A stretch of DNA of 64,000 nt from Lingula anatina (GCA_051362555.1 CM120640.1:62846788-62910787), one strand, 5' to 3'. Positions 37,864 to 53,514 are shown, numbered from the stretch's first letter. Program-made: numbers and translations. Notes: generated by a model not told the origin, from the letters alone.

Positions 37864-38041
37864 AAGAAGAAGAAAAACAATAATAATACTACTGTTTATG
37901 ATGATGAAGATTTCCATAGAAAAAGAGATGTTGACCGACTGCTGAGACCAGTGTCTGTCTATTTTCATTATCGATGTTACTTACTGAATATGTATGAATA
38001 TGTAATATCGTTTGAAACCATGATGCATATTCATATATTTA
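37864..38041 (+). repeat. Direct repeat copy 1 (~178 bp)
   Basis: Appears identical to 40636-40813. Preceded by (AAT)n. Confidence 0.9.
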
Positions 38042-40574
38042 ACAAATTATTGCCACAGTAGTATCAACATGCAGTTTAAAACTGGGTTGTCATGTGTACG
38101 CAGTGACGCTGATCCAGTGCATTTTTCCAGTATTGATTTCTGTTGTGTTCAGGTGGTATTCAGTTGTTAATAACTAAGTTTATAGAAATCAGCCGACGTC
38201 ATACTACCCCGACAGTCTCTCCACCTTGGTCAATAGAGACTAACGTGAGGCCAATATCTCTAACGCTTACACAAAACAAAGTGTTGGCATCGTCCATTGC
38301 AAGGTAGACCTGGGAATTCACAGCTAAAGACAAAACACAATCGGCGCCGTAAAGAACAGTTCCAACACGCATGCACTGATTGGGGTCATTCAAAAATGGA
38401 TGCAGGATGCATTGTCTAGAGCCACCCTTAAAAAATGTAACGCCTATGCTAGAACTTTTTGGTGTGTGCGTATGTGTGTGGCGGGAGTTGGGGGGGGGGG
38501 AGTTAAAGCTTCATCCACACGGACGAGTTCTCCAGCGAACGCCGCTTTTAAGACCGTTGCTACCGTTTCAATTTTAATGAATAATGGCTTAAAATCAAGA
38601 TGTCTAGACTTCAATTAGGTTGACGATGATACCCAAATCAGTTGTAAGAGACAACAAATTATTCTATGGATAATATACAACATCACAACAAACACAAAAC
38701 AAAATGCATTTAAAATCAAGACTGTTCCTTTAATTTCCACGCAGTCCAAGCCAAATCTACCACCTACAACAATCAATGCCCCCCCCCCCCCACCACCACC
38801 ACCAACGAGGTCACGAAATTCATACCTACTCGACATGATAATCACAATTGCCTTGAAGTTGAAACGTATTTTCAAAAGGCGCTCTCGACTATTTTAATGC
38901 GCCAACTAATACGGGCAAACTGTGCTCGACCGACCTCATCCAAGTTTACGAAACCCTAATTGACCAAGTTTAGAATATGTATGCCCCGTATGGCATCCCA
39001 GTACGACCATTCCGTGTGCAATCTTTCAGGGTCCTTCCAATCATGAGCACGGAAACCACCTAAAAAACTAAGAGTTCGAGGATGCCTTCGAAAACACCAT
39101 AACTACCCTCTCTGGAAAACTGACGAAAAAGATCGACCAAATGATTTTTCTAAAGGCAACGAAGGGACTGCTTTTTAAACCACATTTTCATGAACATCCT
39201 AATAGAGTTTACGATATGAATTTTGTTAGCATTACCTTGGGTCGATAGGGTGGACCAGAGGATTCTGCTGCACTTTTTTCTCACATATGTTATTATATTT
39301 TCAGTAGCGGTATGTATTTTATACCATTCTGTTTGGTGTTTTTCAAATCGCGTTGCAATTATACATTTATATTTTAATTTACACAGCTATCACCTTTTTT
39401 ATGTTCATATATTCAAGTGATTTATCACATTGATATATGTAATTATTTATGTACAATCTTTTTATCATAAAATCTCAAACCTCAACCTGGGTTGTTACTT
39501 TCTAAAGAAATATATGTATTTATGAGTAAATTTATTCGCGCGTTTTGAGATAAAAATTCGTTATAAAGATAAAATACGCTAGTGTTTCAAATTCTTAACC
39601 ATATCTTTATTTTACTTTTTCCTCTTACATTGGACAGCGGAGGGCTATGAATTGCTCTCCATACTGTTGTTGCTGCTTGTCATGGCTGTAGCTTCTTTAA
39701 ATATTAAAAGAAATGTCAGTTTGCCATAAATGTCTCACCCTCCATTAAAACAGGCAATGTATTTTAACTAATTAATACATGTATACGCGAGAGTAGTGTT
39801 TCAGAACAAGCGTTCCAACATTCCTTTCCTCTCCAAGGAAGCTCAAGTGAAATAACCTTTCTTACACATTATAGCATTGATAGACACCAGTAAAGAACAC
39901 AGCTTAGTGGAAAGATATTAAAAACCTTCTTCTCTGTATAAATGTCAAGTTTTTGTCTTTTGTCCAGTCTCAACGCGGATACTTTCCATTCCATCATCAA
40001 TGTTGCTTTAAATCAATACAGATGTACGCAATGCATTTTCAAATCCATTAAAGAGAAGTATACTTTTCAGCTAAAACATATAAAGCCCCTGTTACAGTAA
40101 AAAAGGAACTGAAGTGTCACGATATATCTCAACCTTCTATCCAGGGTCTTAACCAGCCCAATATTTCGAATTACTTTTCAATACCCATCAGTCCTTTAAC
40201 AATATCTAGGACTGAATATTTAATTCCTGAACAAAGAAGTTTCCATTTGGCTGTTATCGCGGCGTCTAGATTTGATAAGGAGAGAGTGGAAATGTATTCT
40301 TCCAACTCCGCTTGGTATTTCCACAGAAAAAAATGCTCCCATGGTAGACAAAGTGAAAAGAATGAAACGAATGACTTTTTATTCACCAAGTAGAATCATA
40401 GTTATGAATAAATGCAGTATAAATAAAATTCTAGAACTTATGGGATAAAAATTCAGCGACTAACCGACGTGATCTCCCTGTGAGACTTTTCACTTGGTAA
40501 TGACCTAAATGGACTGGTCACCCATTGTAATGTCAACGCATTTGATGTCGGTTTATTTACACTATATCTAAAAG

Positions 40575-40622
<48 letters not shown>

Positions 40623-40635
40623 GAAGAAGAAGAAG

Positions 40636-40813
40636 AAGAAGAAGAAAAACAATAATAATACTACTGTTTATGATGATGAAGATTTCCATAGAAAAAGAGA
40701 TGTTGACCGACTGCTGAGACCAGTGTCTGTCTATTTTCATTATCGATGTTACTTACTGAATATGTATGAATATGTAATATCGTTTGAAACCATGATGCAT
40801 ATTCATATATTTA
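40636..40813 (+). repeat. Direct repeat copy 2 (~178 bp)
   Basis: Appears identical to 37864-38041. Preceded by longer (TAA)n(GAA)n tracts at ~40577-40645. Confidence 0.9.
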
Positions 40814-43379
40814 TATTTAATGTTGTCAGTTTATCCTATGTAGAGATATTAGGATTGCTTTGTATTATTGCATCAGTCGTCGTATGTGGGGAAAAAACTA
40901 ACTATTCAGGTAGAGAAACCCCAATTTGGACCATTAACTTGATTTATAAAAACGGATATTTATACACGTTTATCATGTTCGCTTATCAAAAATGCTTGAA
41001 ACAGCGCTTGTAGATCGGAAATATTTTGTTGTTGAATCGGAACAACCAATTAAGCCAATGCAGGCATTGTTTCCAGTGAGGTACATGTGGTACGGATGCA
41101 TAACACAGGGAATCATGCAGAGTCCAGGTCTCCGTTTTAGATTATTACATGATTTTTCTGATCCCCCTGTTTGAATTCGGGCCGATTGATTACACCCTGT
41201 GTGTCAAAGTCTAGGTATTAAACACCTTTCGCAAATCAGCTCCCTCCCTGAAATCAGCAGAAATTAGCATACGCTTAAAGGGTGAAATCCCTTCGAATGA
41301 TGATATACACACAGAAACACCCACATTTGTGTCTATGGTAATGTTATAAAAATCCCCCTGATCCTCAACTAGAACCAGATCCCGTCGGGCATTTTACTCT
41401 GCTCCATGGACATGTATTTGTTTTCGAAAGTTGCAGGGTGGAACCAAATGTAGTGCAACAACAGCAGTGGTTGGTCTTGTTACGTACGTTTTTCATTTAC
41501 CGGGTCCTACCGGGTAGATCTGGATATTTTGGACAGGTGCGAAATAATTTACAGGTGTCTATTCCCATTGAGATTTGATCAGCCATTGATTTCAACACCC
41601 TTGCATAAGTTTGGTTAAATATAACGCAGTTAGTATCTTCATAACCCGAGTACTAATCAATGGAATAACGAGCTTTCAGTGCAAGTCTCTCTGTGTACGT
41701 AAGAAATACAAGGCCGATACGTACTGATGATTGCGTGTTCTGAAGCAAACACCCACTGGTGATTTGCCTGCATATGTTCTGTGTTCACTTGTGTGACAGA
41801 ATTTATAAAACAGCTATCTTAATGGATGAAATATATTACTTTGAATTAATTATAAACCATTTTACATTGAGTTTTTCAAGTACACCGAGGCCCCAAAATA
41901 TTGAATATTTATTTCCTCTGCTATGTTTATTTATCCTAAGGGATTGCTGTTTCCTTCCAAGCACCCAAGTAGAAAAAGCTCAAACAGAAAAGAAAAAAGT
42001 TATGCTTAATCAAATAGAGGGAACAAGATCGTTGCTGTTCTCACTGTTTTCTCCTGAACCTGCAATTTCCAAGACAACCAACAACCGATGATTGTCAAAA
42101 TAGTCTATCTTTCAACATCTCGTGCCAACATTAGGACAAGAGTTCTATAGGATGTAATTTCATTTAAAAATGCTCCAATAATGACGGCATAACAAAATAA
42201 ACTGAGAGTGAAATTTCAGCAATTGAAATTGTCCTCACAAAGGTGTGGTTTTCTTGCCTACAGGTCATTTCTCTCCCCGCCCCCGAAGCCACCATACATG
42301 TAAGGAACTCTCAGAAGAAGTTGATCATTAGTAAATTATTGCCCTTTCCTTCCAATCGCTGTTCTAATTATAGGGCAAAACATAAACACAGAGATATATG
42401 CTCACAATTTATTTTGCCAGTTACTGCCCTAGAGGTGGTTGACTTCCGGACAACTCGCCTTTGCTGCACACCCCTCATCCCGTCTCATGCGCTCCAACCC
42501 GATCCACGTTTGGTGGTTATTGAGAACTAAAGACAGAGACAACTAGTGGGTAAAGATAGCAGAGAGCATGGGCTGATCTATATACGTTGTATATGTATGA
42601 ATAATAGCCTGTAGTAACTCTTCGTGTGATGCATGGTGCCATAATGACGCCTCTGCTGTCATTTTCACTACCTATTCAATTTGTTCCACTCTTTAGGAGA
42701 TATAAAATGTTATGCTATAGCGCAATATTTTTCTATTTCATCTCAGTTATTCGGTCATTTTTTTTTGTTACATTGGTGATATACTCTGTCCATTTATACC
42801 GGTGTTAAAACTGGCTGGCTTTTATCTGAAATATATTACGCCCGTAGCGTGACAGGAACACATCGGTACGATAATAAATTGTCTATATTAGGCATAATCT
42901 AAAGAAACTGTGCTCTCCTTTCCTAGGTCAAGCGAATTAACGCTGTACCAGTAAAAATACATATACACAGTGCATCTGTCTCGTATTTCGGCGTCACGCT
43001 TTTAAAATACTCTCTGAAAACTGAATATATAATTCTGGTATTTATTTACGCTGGTTAAGTTTAGATTAAAGTTTTAGAGCCTTTATCCTGAAACCACAGG
43101 CATGAATTGAAAATTAAAACAAGAAATTGCAGGAACGTTTTCTGTTATGTAAGAGTCAGCATTCTAAATCATAAAACTAAACTTAAAATCATATAGGGGC
43201 GAGTCTGACAATGGTAAAGACATGCATTAAAATTCACCTCTAGTTCGTGATAACGGATTCATCCGAGGAAAAGATTTCAAGATCTCCACGTTGATAGCGC
43301 TCGGGGCCTCCTTCCCTGGAGAAAACAGGTGGCCCACGCAATAGCGCACCGAGTACACGCTAAATGGGCGATGTGATGC

Positions 43380-43643
43380 ATTGGAATTGCCTATAATAAA
43401 ATCACCCGCGTTTCTCACGTGTGACAAGTTCAACCAAGCGTATCATTGCTATATCTAACATTCTTGTCATTATCATTAAGTTAATGCGTCGTCCTCAGAG
43501 CATATCGTTCATGGGACTGGTCATAGGAGAGTTGCACCTTTTAATAGCCTGTTTAATGAACGGAAATAAGCACGGACGAGAAGAAATCATTATTATTAAG
43601 GTGTTCTAAGCGGCCGTACCGCCGCCCGCACAGCTAGGTAAGT
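43380..43643 (+). promoter_or_regulatory. Candidate promoter and non-coding first exon
   Basis: ATTGG, a TATA-like ctataataaa and CACGTG are followed by a CpG-rich patch ending in CTAG|GTAAGT at 43637/43638. No downstream coding exon was identified. Confidence 0.25.
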
Positions 43644-46600
43644 GCATAGCATCAGAAGAAATTAAAGCACGGCAGTGCTTGAAGAACGTTAGAGGCGGAA
43701 GCTTAGTGTTAAAGTAGATATTAAGGCACTTCAGTGTTCTTTATCGTTTGTACCGTGTAAACGAACCAAGAACAGTGGAGAGAATAGCAGTTATTAGGAT
43801 ACGATTTACAGCATGAAAATACCGAGTCAGACTAGTCGGGAACGGGGAACTGTTTGAAAGAGGTATTCAGAAAAGTTGTAATCCACTGAAAGGAGTAAAT
43901 TAACTCGTGTCAGAATCATTTTGCGGTCCACAGCCATAAACACCTGTTTTAACAACTACTACCTCCAGCAAAGAAAGACAAGAACACTGCAGACTTGAAG
44001 TTTGTTTGGAATTTACACCGTGGACGAGACATCTCTTCGGTTGTTCGAGACACGACTTGGTAAGTGGGATTTTAATGTTTTTGCACATGTGTTTAAGCTG
44101 TGAGTGGATTGTGTTAATGAAAACATTGAAAGCAGTACATTTTTCATTGTGAACTCTAGAATACATCCAACTAGGCATTAAAATGATTGCGCTGTTTTTA
44201 TCTGGCGTTTAATATGCGCTTGATTATTGTGCCTAATATCCCCGAGTGATCACAGGAGAATCGGGAAATTGAAGTTTATTATATTAAACACTAATAGATT
44301 GTTTTTTAGATTAAGTCAATATATTCTTTCGCGCCTTATCAGGGAAGCGGTTACATTTTGTCTAGAAATTAGTGTAATGATAATCGAGGAACGTCTGTTT
44401 ATTTGTCAATTTTTTTAGAGTGTTTTTGGTGTGTGTGGTTTCTAATCGGGCGACATCGTAGCGACCCGAGCATGTAATAGACTTGCCGCTCATCGTCGAT
44501 ACTAATACGCCCTGGCCAAACTAAAACCATCCCGAAAGAAGGTCTTGAACTCTAGGTTTCGTAACATGGGCCCGGGACCTTGCTGCGCTTGCAGTTAGCT
44601 AACTCATACATATGAACCGAGGCTTAATGACCTGTGTACCCATGAGAGTGACTTCTAAGCTATGAGAATAGTCGAGACACTCGTTCACATTGTCACACGA
44701 TGAGTGTGATGCCGTTGTCAGAGAAGCATCGGCGATTGATGTGAAACATTCTGTTACCCAATACGCTGATCTTTTATTGTTGGCTGCACGCTTCTTGTTC
44801 ATCTAGTGTGGATACGTGTGAGGTAATGCAAGCGGTTAGCGAGAGGTGTTCATGTTCATGGCATATTTCCTGAAAACACCTTCAAAAACGAACCGAAGAT
44901 GTTGAGGTGTGTACTGTTGTAAATACGTTGTGAATATTTACGTTTTTCACGTAAGGAACCGGTATTAATTTTTTTCTTTTTCTTTTTCTTTTTGCCGATT
45001 TGTTTGAATAGAATTTTTAGGAATGGAAAGGAGGCTTGTAGTACGGCCCACCTAGTACACCAATAAATTCCATTGGAAAGTATTAGCATAGCAGAATGCT
45101 AGAGAGAAAATGAAGGGTCCTATCAGCTATCGGTCGCTGATGTTTGCTAAATTTTGGACATGGCAGGTATAAAGCTGCATTCACACCCGGGACCATATTA
45201 AACAGGCGAGCGACTTAAAACCTCCATTAGTCGTCATCAGACGGCCGTTAGACACAACGGTTGTGTTCTTAAACATGGTTATTTTTAGCAGGAAAACATT
45301 CTGAATAACGATGGTGAGGGAAACCCAGAGAGTAGGTAAGAACAGACGTAACGTTATTCGTTACATGTATGTGTGCCGTACAACAATAACAGTTGTTAGG
45401 TATTAATCAAGAGCGAGCTAAAACTGCTAGGCACGCGCGGTTATATAGGTTTTGTCCTTTTTTATGAACACTTGTTAGCCTACTGGCACCTTGATTGTCT
45501 TGAATGACTCTATGCGACATTCTCAAGAAAGCAACCTGAATCGGGACAAAACTGGAGTTTCCATCGCGCACGCTTTCATCACTAATATGTAAATATAGAA
45601 GACTTCATGTCTTTTGACAGAACGATTTGATATCTGTCTCCGAGGACACGGAGCTTGATGAAGTGACCTTATATTTCACTTAATGATTGATTACGTTATT
45701 GAACTCCTCTTTAGCTTTTATCGCAATGTTATCGCGGAGAATGTGCTGTCCTCCTAATCCGAATGTTAGTATACTCACAGGAGTACAGGAGAGACCTTTA
45801 GATACAATACAGATTGCGTTGAACCCATGCTACTAGTATAGATGACATTTGCTCGTCTTTTACGTCTTATTAGATTTAATTCACTTTATTTTCTGAGTTT
45901 TCCATGTCAACGTTCTGTGATCACTGTTACTTTTTAGACGTGCGACCAAATTATAATGCCATGTTCAAAGCGCCCTCTCCACTAAAGAAAAATTTACAAG
46001 AAAATTTATATCTGGCTGAGGTTGTTTTTTTTTCTGTTACGTGGGTTTACTTTCTTTTCTGTTTGTATACTCGCAATGATTTGTGATTTCTTTAGTAACT
46101 TAATGTCCAACACACGAACCCGTGTTATAATAAAGATAAAAAACGGCCAATTGCACCAGTGGCCCGTCATGTTTTATGTAAGTTTTGAGAAATAGAGGGG
46201 GAAACCGGCAAAATGGAAAGGGTTTCTTTATAGCTGGCTGTTTCTACAAAGCACTGTTTACATCATTATATGACTTTGTTTCCCATACTGGATATTGTTC
46301 TTCACATAGTTTTAACTTTGAGACGACATGTTCTGATAAGGATAATCAGTTTTTACATGCATTATGCATGGTGTCACTCAGTATCACCAGGTGCTTTATT
46401 ATATTACTCAACCGGTAAGACAGGACATGCAAAAATCCGCAAGGAGAAATATAGCCAAGTAATATTATCACTCAACAGTACTTATGGTCTGGATTTTTGG
46501 TTTCGTTTCTTCCTTGTTCTTCCAACAGAATTCCCGTGGAACCAATTATTTTACGGCGTAGAGCGGGTTGAAGGGTTTAATTGGCAGTTGGCGCAGCTAT

Positions 46601-49438
46601 CACCGATCCTCATAGTGGCGGCTTATCAGTCACTGGATCCGTGCGTGGTCTTTGTTACTCATTTACTCATTTACTCTCTTTCTCACTTGCTTTACTGCAA
46701 TTTCAGGTCGAAGCAAAACAAACAAATTTCCTGAAAGCTAAACTGTCAGTTTTTATAAAAGGACAAGGACTAACTCTTGTCCGTTCCCCTCGAAATATTC
46801 TACCCGTCCCCAAACCAATGTATGAACTCCTATCAACGATATAGCACGTCGATGATTCAGCCCTTGGTCGCTCAGCCCTTGCTTAATTAAAGCCAACAAA
46901 ATTGGACGACTGTATGTGAATTACAAGGCGTGATTTATATCAATAAGGGCATAGTTGAAAATGTTGGCAAGGATTTCATTAAAATGTTGCACATTAAATC
47001 CCGGCTACGAATGGCCCATAATAATAGAAATGGTCGTGTTGCATGGCTACTACCACTGGAAGCTGTTTACATACGATATGACAGGCGATTAACAACCGAA
47101 AAGGGCCTTGGGTTTAAAAAACTGCGAAGAAAGTACTAATGATATGTTCTTCTTAACATTAATTGCATTAAGGTCAGAAACTGAACGTGCTCAAATTACT
47201 TAAAGAACCTGAGGTTTTGTGTTTTCAATAGAGTACCAAGTGTAAATCTCTGTGCATGTTGATGTGAGGTGTTTGAAAAATTGTTGAAATAGCATTATGT
47301 TTTCTGTAGCTTCCAGTCTTCGTGAAGCCAGTTTGTCTTCGTTAATATGGAAATATTTCGTTCAATCTGCAATGAGAAAGCTAGAAAAAACTAGATCGAG
47401 CGCCTCCTTAGAGGTTTAGATGACGTTTACTGGGACCGGTACTGCAGGTAGTTCATTAATGTAGGCGTAATATCTTCATTTAAAAAGCGAAGCACCAATT
47501 TGGGCTAGGCACACTACGACTCCTACCAGTCCTTGAAGCGTTTCACATTTCTGGGTTACGTAGGTGCATTTCCCAGAATACCTGAACAGGTATTGGGTAA
47601 TTAAGCAAACTAACACGCTAATGCTTTAAATAGATACATATCCATCAGAGGTTTATTGTTTTAAGGCAGACAAAGTTACTCTCCCCGTGCATGTAAGCAA
47701 CGGCTAATTTTAGGGTTGTTTTGATCGAAAACCTGGCACACATGGTCCACCTTCCTGATTACTGAGAAAAAAATGACATTATGTGCACAAGTGCCATAAC
47801 TGGAACCTTGTATTATCGTTTTATCTTTCCGGTAATGTTGTTGGTAAGGTAATAGCAAACAACATACCTACATTTACCCAGAACTCGGTATAAATTGAAG
47901 AATTGTTGAACTGATGGACATGCCGTCACACCTGGCGGGAATATAAATAACGAAGAAAGGAGTGTCAGACAAGCATCAAAAATGGACGATTTCTTTTTGA
48001 ATGGATTATAGGGTACCTTTTTGCGACAAAATAGAATTTTCTGCGTTACATATGGGGTTTGTTGAAGTTATCACGAAAGGCTGAAAAAAGAAATGGGGAA
48101 TAAGAGATGTGTGTCTGCTGAATGAAACGATAAAATTTGACTGGTAACAGTACTGGGTACTGTTTCTTAAAAAAATATCGCTCCCAACTGAACGCTGAAA
48201 TGAGTTGTTTGACGCTTACGAATACCCCTTCACTTAGGTGGTCATGCACTAAATTGACTGATGTAATTTTCCTTTGAAAGCTTCTCAAACTGTCATAAGG
48301 GATTTCATGAAGGGTTATGAAGGCAGCCTAATGCCGAAGTCAACCTAATGTCTCAACACAGTCGGATTTTGAACTGAAGGCAGATTCAATGGAGACTCCT
48401 CTCTGTTCTCCAACGAAATCTATGGCTGCATTTGTTCCCGCCATCATACTGATTAGTTCTAATAGTGTCGAGTGCTTTTTCTGCTTCCTTCAGGGGCCCC
48501 TGAACAATGTACCAGGCATGGAAGTAATAACATCTAATTTATGTTTTGTTTTCTTAGCTTCCCCAGAGAAATGTCACCCTGTGAGACATTCAGCGCGTTC
48601 GTCTCCGTCGGCTTTATATTGTCCCTAACCACTCCGAAAGTCAGACAATGGATAAGAGATCAAACAATAATTTTGATTTAACTTATCAATTATCAAATTC
48701 CTTTGGGTATTCAACCCAAGAAACCATATTGTAGGATCGTTTCATGAACCAGGGTCCTAATGCATGTCACTTAAAGGACTGCCCACCAGAGGAGACGAGC
48801 TGGAGTCAAAAGACAGTATAAAACATTAATTACTATGGACACGGCTGACTTTTAATCGAAACTGGACTCATTACAATGATATGCTTTACCAAACGATGTT
48901 TTGTGTTTTACACTGATAAGGAGTATTCGGTCATTTAAGCGAGGGTCAAATGATATCAGTGCCGTGCACGGCTTTTGCTTCCCCTGAGGATTTACTGGCG
49001 TTTTGGCGAGAAAAAAGGTGTTTGGGTTTCTTTCAATTTTGGTCTTGCACTGAGTTGGTCGTGAACTGCCATTAATCACTATCTTCCATTTGGGGAGTGC
49101 ACCTTTTTATTTCTGTGAGAAACGTTTAAAATGTTAACTCTTACTCTTAACTCCTATCCTGGGACAATATACTTCCAGGACAGTGCGATACGTACGGTAG
49201 ATTCATACCTAAACAGCCATCTCATCCAAGGAGGAGTGTGCATGTAGAACCGCAATGTCTTCACTGTTTACAGGATCATGTTGTTTCCCGAAGCCACCAT
49301 TTCTAGTAAACCGTGTTCTCCGCTAGTGTTAGTATCATGGTTTTCATGTACCTTTCACCGATGTCTTGCCTTGCCAGCTGTTCTTGGTTTTGGCGGTGAG
49401 GTGGTGTTTCAACTTCTTTAAAGATAACACTACTTCAA

Positions 49439-49440
<2 letters not shown>

Positions 49441-49476
<36 letters not shown>

Positions 49477-49490
49477 AGGGAGGCAGGCAG
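49441..49490. repeat. (AG)n microsatellite with (GGGA)/(GGCA) tail
   Basis: Directly visible. Confidence 0.95.
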
Positions 49491-52393
49491 ACAATCTAGA
49501 GCACATTAAATGTTTTAAAGCTGAGTTAATAATCTACCCAGCATTTATTTCAAAATGTACAGATATTCAATAGGCCCCTGATCCCAGTGTATCATTAAGA
49601 CCAGCTTTTCTCGCAATGCTCTTGATTAGTTGTTATTCGTACGTTTTTAATGATTATGTAATTATGATCTATAGAGTTATATGCAAAAGGTTCGTCACAA
49701 ATTCCCGACATAAAGTGACTCCCATTACCCCTCAAGCTCTCGTAATCATTTAAAACACAATGCATTCTTTGATAAATCTTTAGCCAATTATGAATATACG
49801 GTGTATTGGTTTAGGTGATCTTAATCATTAAGCCTATGTACCCGCCTGATTAGCAAAGATGATTGATGAGATTTTTCTTTCCAACACGATCATGCCGTCT
49901 CGAGAAATAAAGAAAGGAGTTAAGTTACAATATAGAGTATGAAAAGTAATCAGTAAAGCATCATTGATTAAAGAGTTTAATTTTGAATAGCATAAGACTT
50001 CTTTACTGAGAACTTATCTACGCGTTCGTGGCGCCATTGTCTTCATCCCCCCAATGAAATCACATTTTCTTAATGTGTTCTTTTTCCAAGTTGTGTCGAA
50101 TAAAAAGAGGCTTGAATCTAAAATAAACTCTGTTTTGTTCTTAAAGCATTTTTTATTCTTTAACATCTAAAGAACAATCTGAGCACGACGGTCCGATTAC
50201 TGATCGTTCGAGTCACGCTACACCGGAATACGAACATGAATTTACTCTCTGGCTGTAGTAATTTGTACGTACCGAAACAACTGAAGAGTATTAGGGCTGG
50301 TTATCATGCGATTTAGAGTTTGAAATTCTCTGTCTGCCTGGTCATTAGCACCTGTTCGAAATATGTATCAACAAACTAAAACAACAAATTCTAATGGCTA
50401 TCGACCGTAAGCTGATGTGGTTCAACAGCTCAGAGTACCGTTAAAAAACGCATAAAGTGGACAATTAAAACACCCGTGAGAGGATGTTTTATAACTGTTT
50501 CCAATGACCAAGACTATCCATTGACCATCTGAAAGCATATCAATTCCTGTCGGTCAGTTTGTTTCCCTGCCAAACACGATAAGTGACACAAACGTACAAG
50601 TAAGAAATATTTTGCAGATGAAACTTTCAGGAAAACATCACCTGTCTGGAGCGCTAGTCTCCTTCCCCTTCCTCCTTAATCTCCTTTCTATCAATTAAGA
50701 AGATTTAACGTCTCAAACTTGATAGCAAAAAACCGTCATTAGAGCTTACTGAGGACTGAAATATTGGTATCAGATCGAGGGCAAGAGGAACTGATCCAAA
50801 TGGGAAGGACAAAGTGGTGTGTCTATCTTTCTGCCCTGCGAACAGACCGCATTTATACATCGGTTCATTAGAGGAAAAAGAAGAAATATTTCAACGAATG
50901 TCCGTTATCTTGTTTTATTTTTCAAAATTTATAGAGTAACCCTAGAATATTCCCAGATTGGGTTGTTCTCATCGACCTAGCAAGCGTGCGTTGATGTTTA
51001 CTATATACCGTATAATTTTTATACCTACTTATATTATACATACGCAGCACTAGAGCTTCTCATCCCCGTCGTATCCGCCATTAGCTTGGCTCCTTCTTTC
51101 GCTATCTCTTATTTTTTATACTAAAAACATTCCAACACGAGGCATATTACGACCCATCCGACCGATGACCAAAGGCAAAACCTGTGTCGAAAGTAAAAAA
51201 AAAAAAAAAAAGACTCCAAATACGAGCAACATCCCAAGTACTATCCTATCCATTTTACGATAATTTTTGCGCCCGCTAACTGTGTTTACGTAGTGCCCGA
51301 TGTAAGTGCTCATTACAGCCTCTGTATGGCATTTACTTAATTAATAATAGTCCTACCAGTAAATTCGTAGAAGACGATAGACAACAAAATCATGTTTTTG
51401 CAAGTCGATAAAAACGTTTTTATATTAGTCTGTGTAATTGTCTCGAGTGAAAGCCACTAAATATTCTTTATTATGCGTAGTTAGAAGTAAACATGTGTGA
51501 CCCTAGTAAAATTCGATCCATGGCAGCAAGTTTGTAACTGCAGACTTATGCTACATGTACTAGAATATACTGTTACTACTTATACTTGAATTCCTGGGTT
51601 ATACGGATCCCTCGATCAAGGAAAACCAATAACTTACAGTGTATGGACATTTTCTTGGGCACAGGTTAGGTAAACGGAAGAGGTGTTGATTCCACCCGCC
51701 GCGCGTGCACTCCGGAGAGAATTCCTGCAGCACACACCTGCATCCGAAATTTCAACTAAATTTGATTCATTGATACGAGCGATTATAAATAGTCCCAAGT
51801 TGTACACATTAGTCATGGTGAATATCAAGGACAACAATCTTCGGGAAAGTGGGGGTGGGAGGGTGGGCTGGCTCAAAATTAAACCCTAAATAATAGCTTT
51901 CTATGAGAAACAGAGGGGTTACAGTGGGTTTTATGTCAATCATCGACAAAGTGCATTGCAACTACCGATCATACAAGTGGAAATAATTTTGATCACAAAG
52001 AGCAATGCCTTTCAAAAGCCATTCAATACCTATGTTTTTTTTTTTTTTTTTTTTTTTTTTTGCGGGCATGTTACCTAAAAAAACTCGCTACCTTTCAAAA
52101 CATCGTCTGATGATAACCATACCATTCTTGCCCGCATTGCGGTGAGAGTTATCAGAGTGTGGCGGATTTTTTTCAGATTCCAGTGACCTCCTTTAGCACC
52201 GACAGTATGCACGCATTGAGCGATGCGGGCTAACATGTAATGTTATAAAACTGCAACAAATACTTCAAAAATTCAAACCAACTGCGCATTTTCTTCTGTG
52301 TTGGCACTAATCACCCTGAGCACTGTCTTTTCAAATTCATTTATTTCATTCCCTTATTAAATATAAATGAATCCTGCTTTTTTTTCCGTTCTG

Positions 52394-52398
<5 letters not shown>

Positions 52399-52447
<49 letters not shown>
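52399..52447. repeat. (TC)n microsatellite
   Basis: Directly visible. Confidence 0.98.
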
Positions 52448-52453
<6 letters not shown>

Positions 52454-53240
52454 CTCAAGATGACATGAGAGTTACAGTGTAACTCTGCGGCAGTTGGTGG
52501 AAGTTAAAATTGAGCGAAGATTCATTTTGGCCTTTCTCTGTCCACCTCAAATGAACCGAGCACACATAAACTATATGAAATCATCCTACTGAAAAGGGAC
52601 ACTTCCAAATTAGCATGAGGTATTTTTTTCTTCGATTTGTAGCTCATGTGTTCAGGAGTGGCCGTCCGAAAAGAATCTCAATAGAATTTCATTAGTTGTG
52701 GCTGCTGAGAACAGGAGAGAAAAGTTAGGCTAGAACGACAACAGGGTATACTCAGTCAACTACAAAATATTTCAGCGTATGTGTATCATATACGATAGGT
52801 TGGAGATCGTGCCATCTATTAATGAATGAAAGTAATACTAACAGAGCACCAATAAAATGCCATTGCAGCTAATTAAATCACCATTATTGTGATGTATGTT
52901 ATCAATATCTATAAACAGATCTATTACCCGACTTTGGCACCGCCATTGTGCCAGGCAGTGGAGAGCAAACTGCAACATTTTGCTGTTGTGCCCTGTATAC
53001 ATACACATAAATATTTCTTATTATAAACCCCATGAAAATTATAGCGAATTATTTACTAATTTGACATTAATAGCCCACGAAGCCGACTGTGTGGGTAGCT
53101 TTGTTTGATGATCAAACAAACGAAATTAAAATGTGAAATCCTCCGCATTTAAGTTACATGTGCAGCCGCCAGTATGTTTCTGGACGTGCCATTTGTTAGT
53201 CTCTCCCACCGATGGTAGGCTCGACAATTGCTGTTACTCA

Positions 53241-53243
<3 letters not shown>

Positions 53244-53325
<82 letters not shown>
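53244..53325. repeat. (TA)n microsatellite
   Basis: Directly visible. Confidence 0.98.
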
Positions 53326-53328
<3 letters not shown>

Positions 53329-53514
53329 TGTGTTCACATCACATGTATATAGTATAGGTATACAAGTTGAACCTGGTATGGACACATCGTGACGCTGAAG
53401 TTGTACAGAGGCACAAGTAGTTGTTTTAAACTATCGGACTGCCCCGCAGTGGTGTGATCAAGTGTCAAAAGGTTACACTTGGAGTGTGCCAGGGTAATTG
53501 TCAGATTGATCATG

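Noticed and set aside
39780-40400. Possible degraded coding sequence between the direct repeats
   Set aside because: Frequent stops in the frames examined and no recognisable motif.
46270-46734. Longest ORF in the track (154 aa)
   Set aside because: No domain, composition typical of AT-rich non-coding DNA, and no partner exon for its internal donor.
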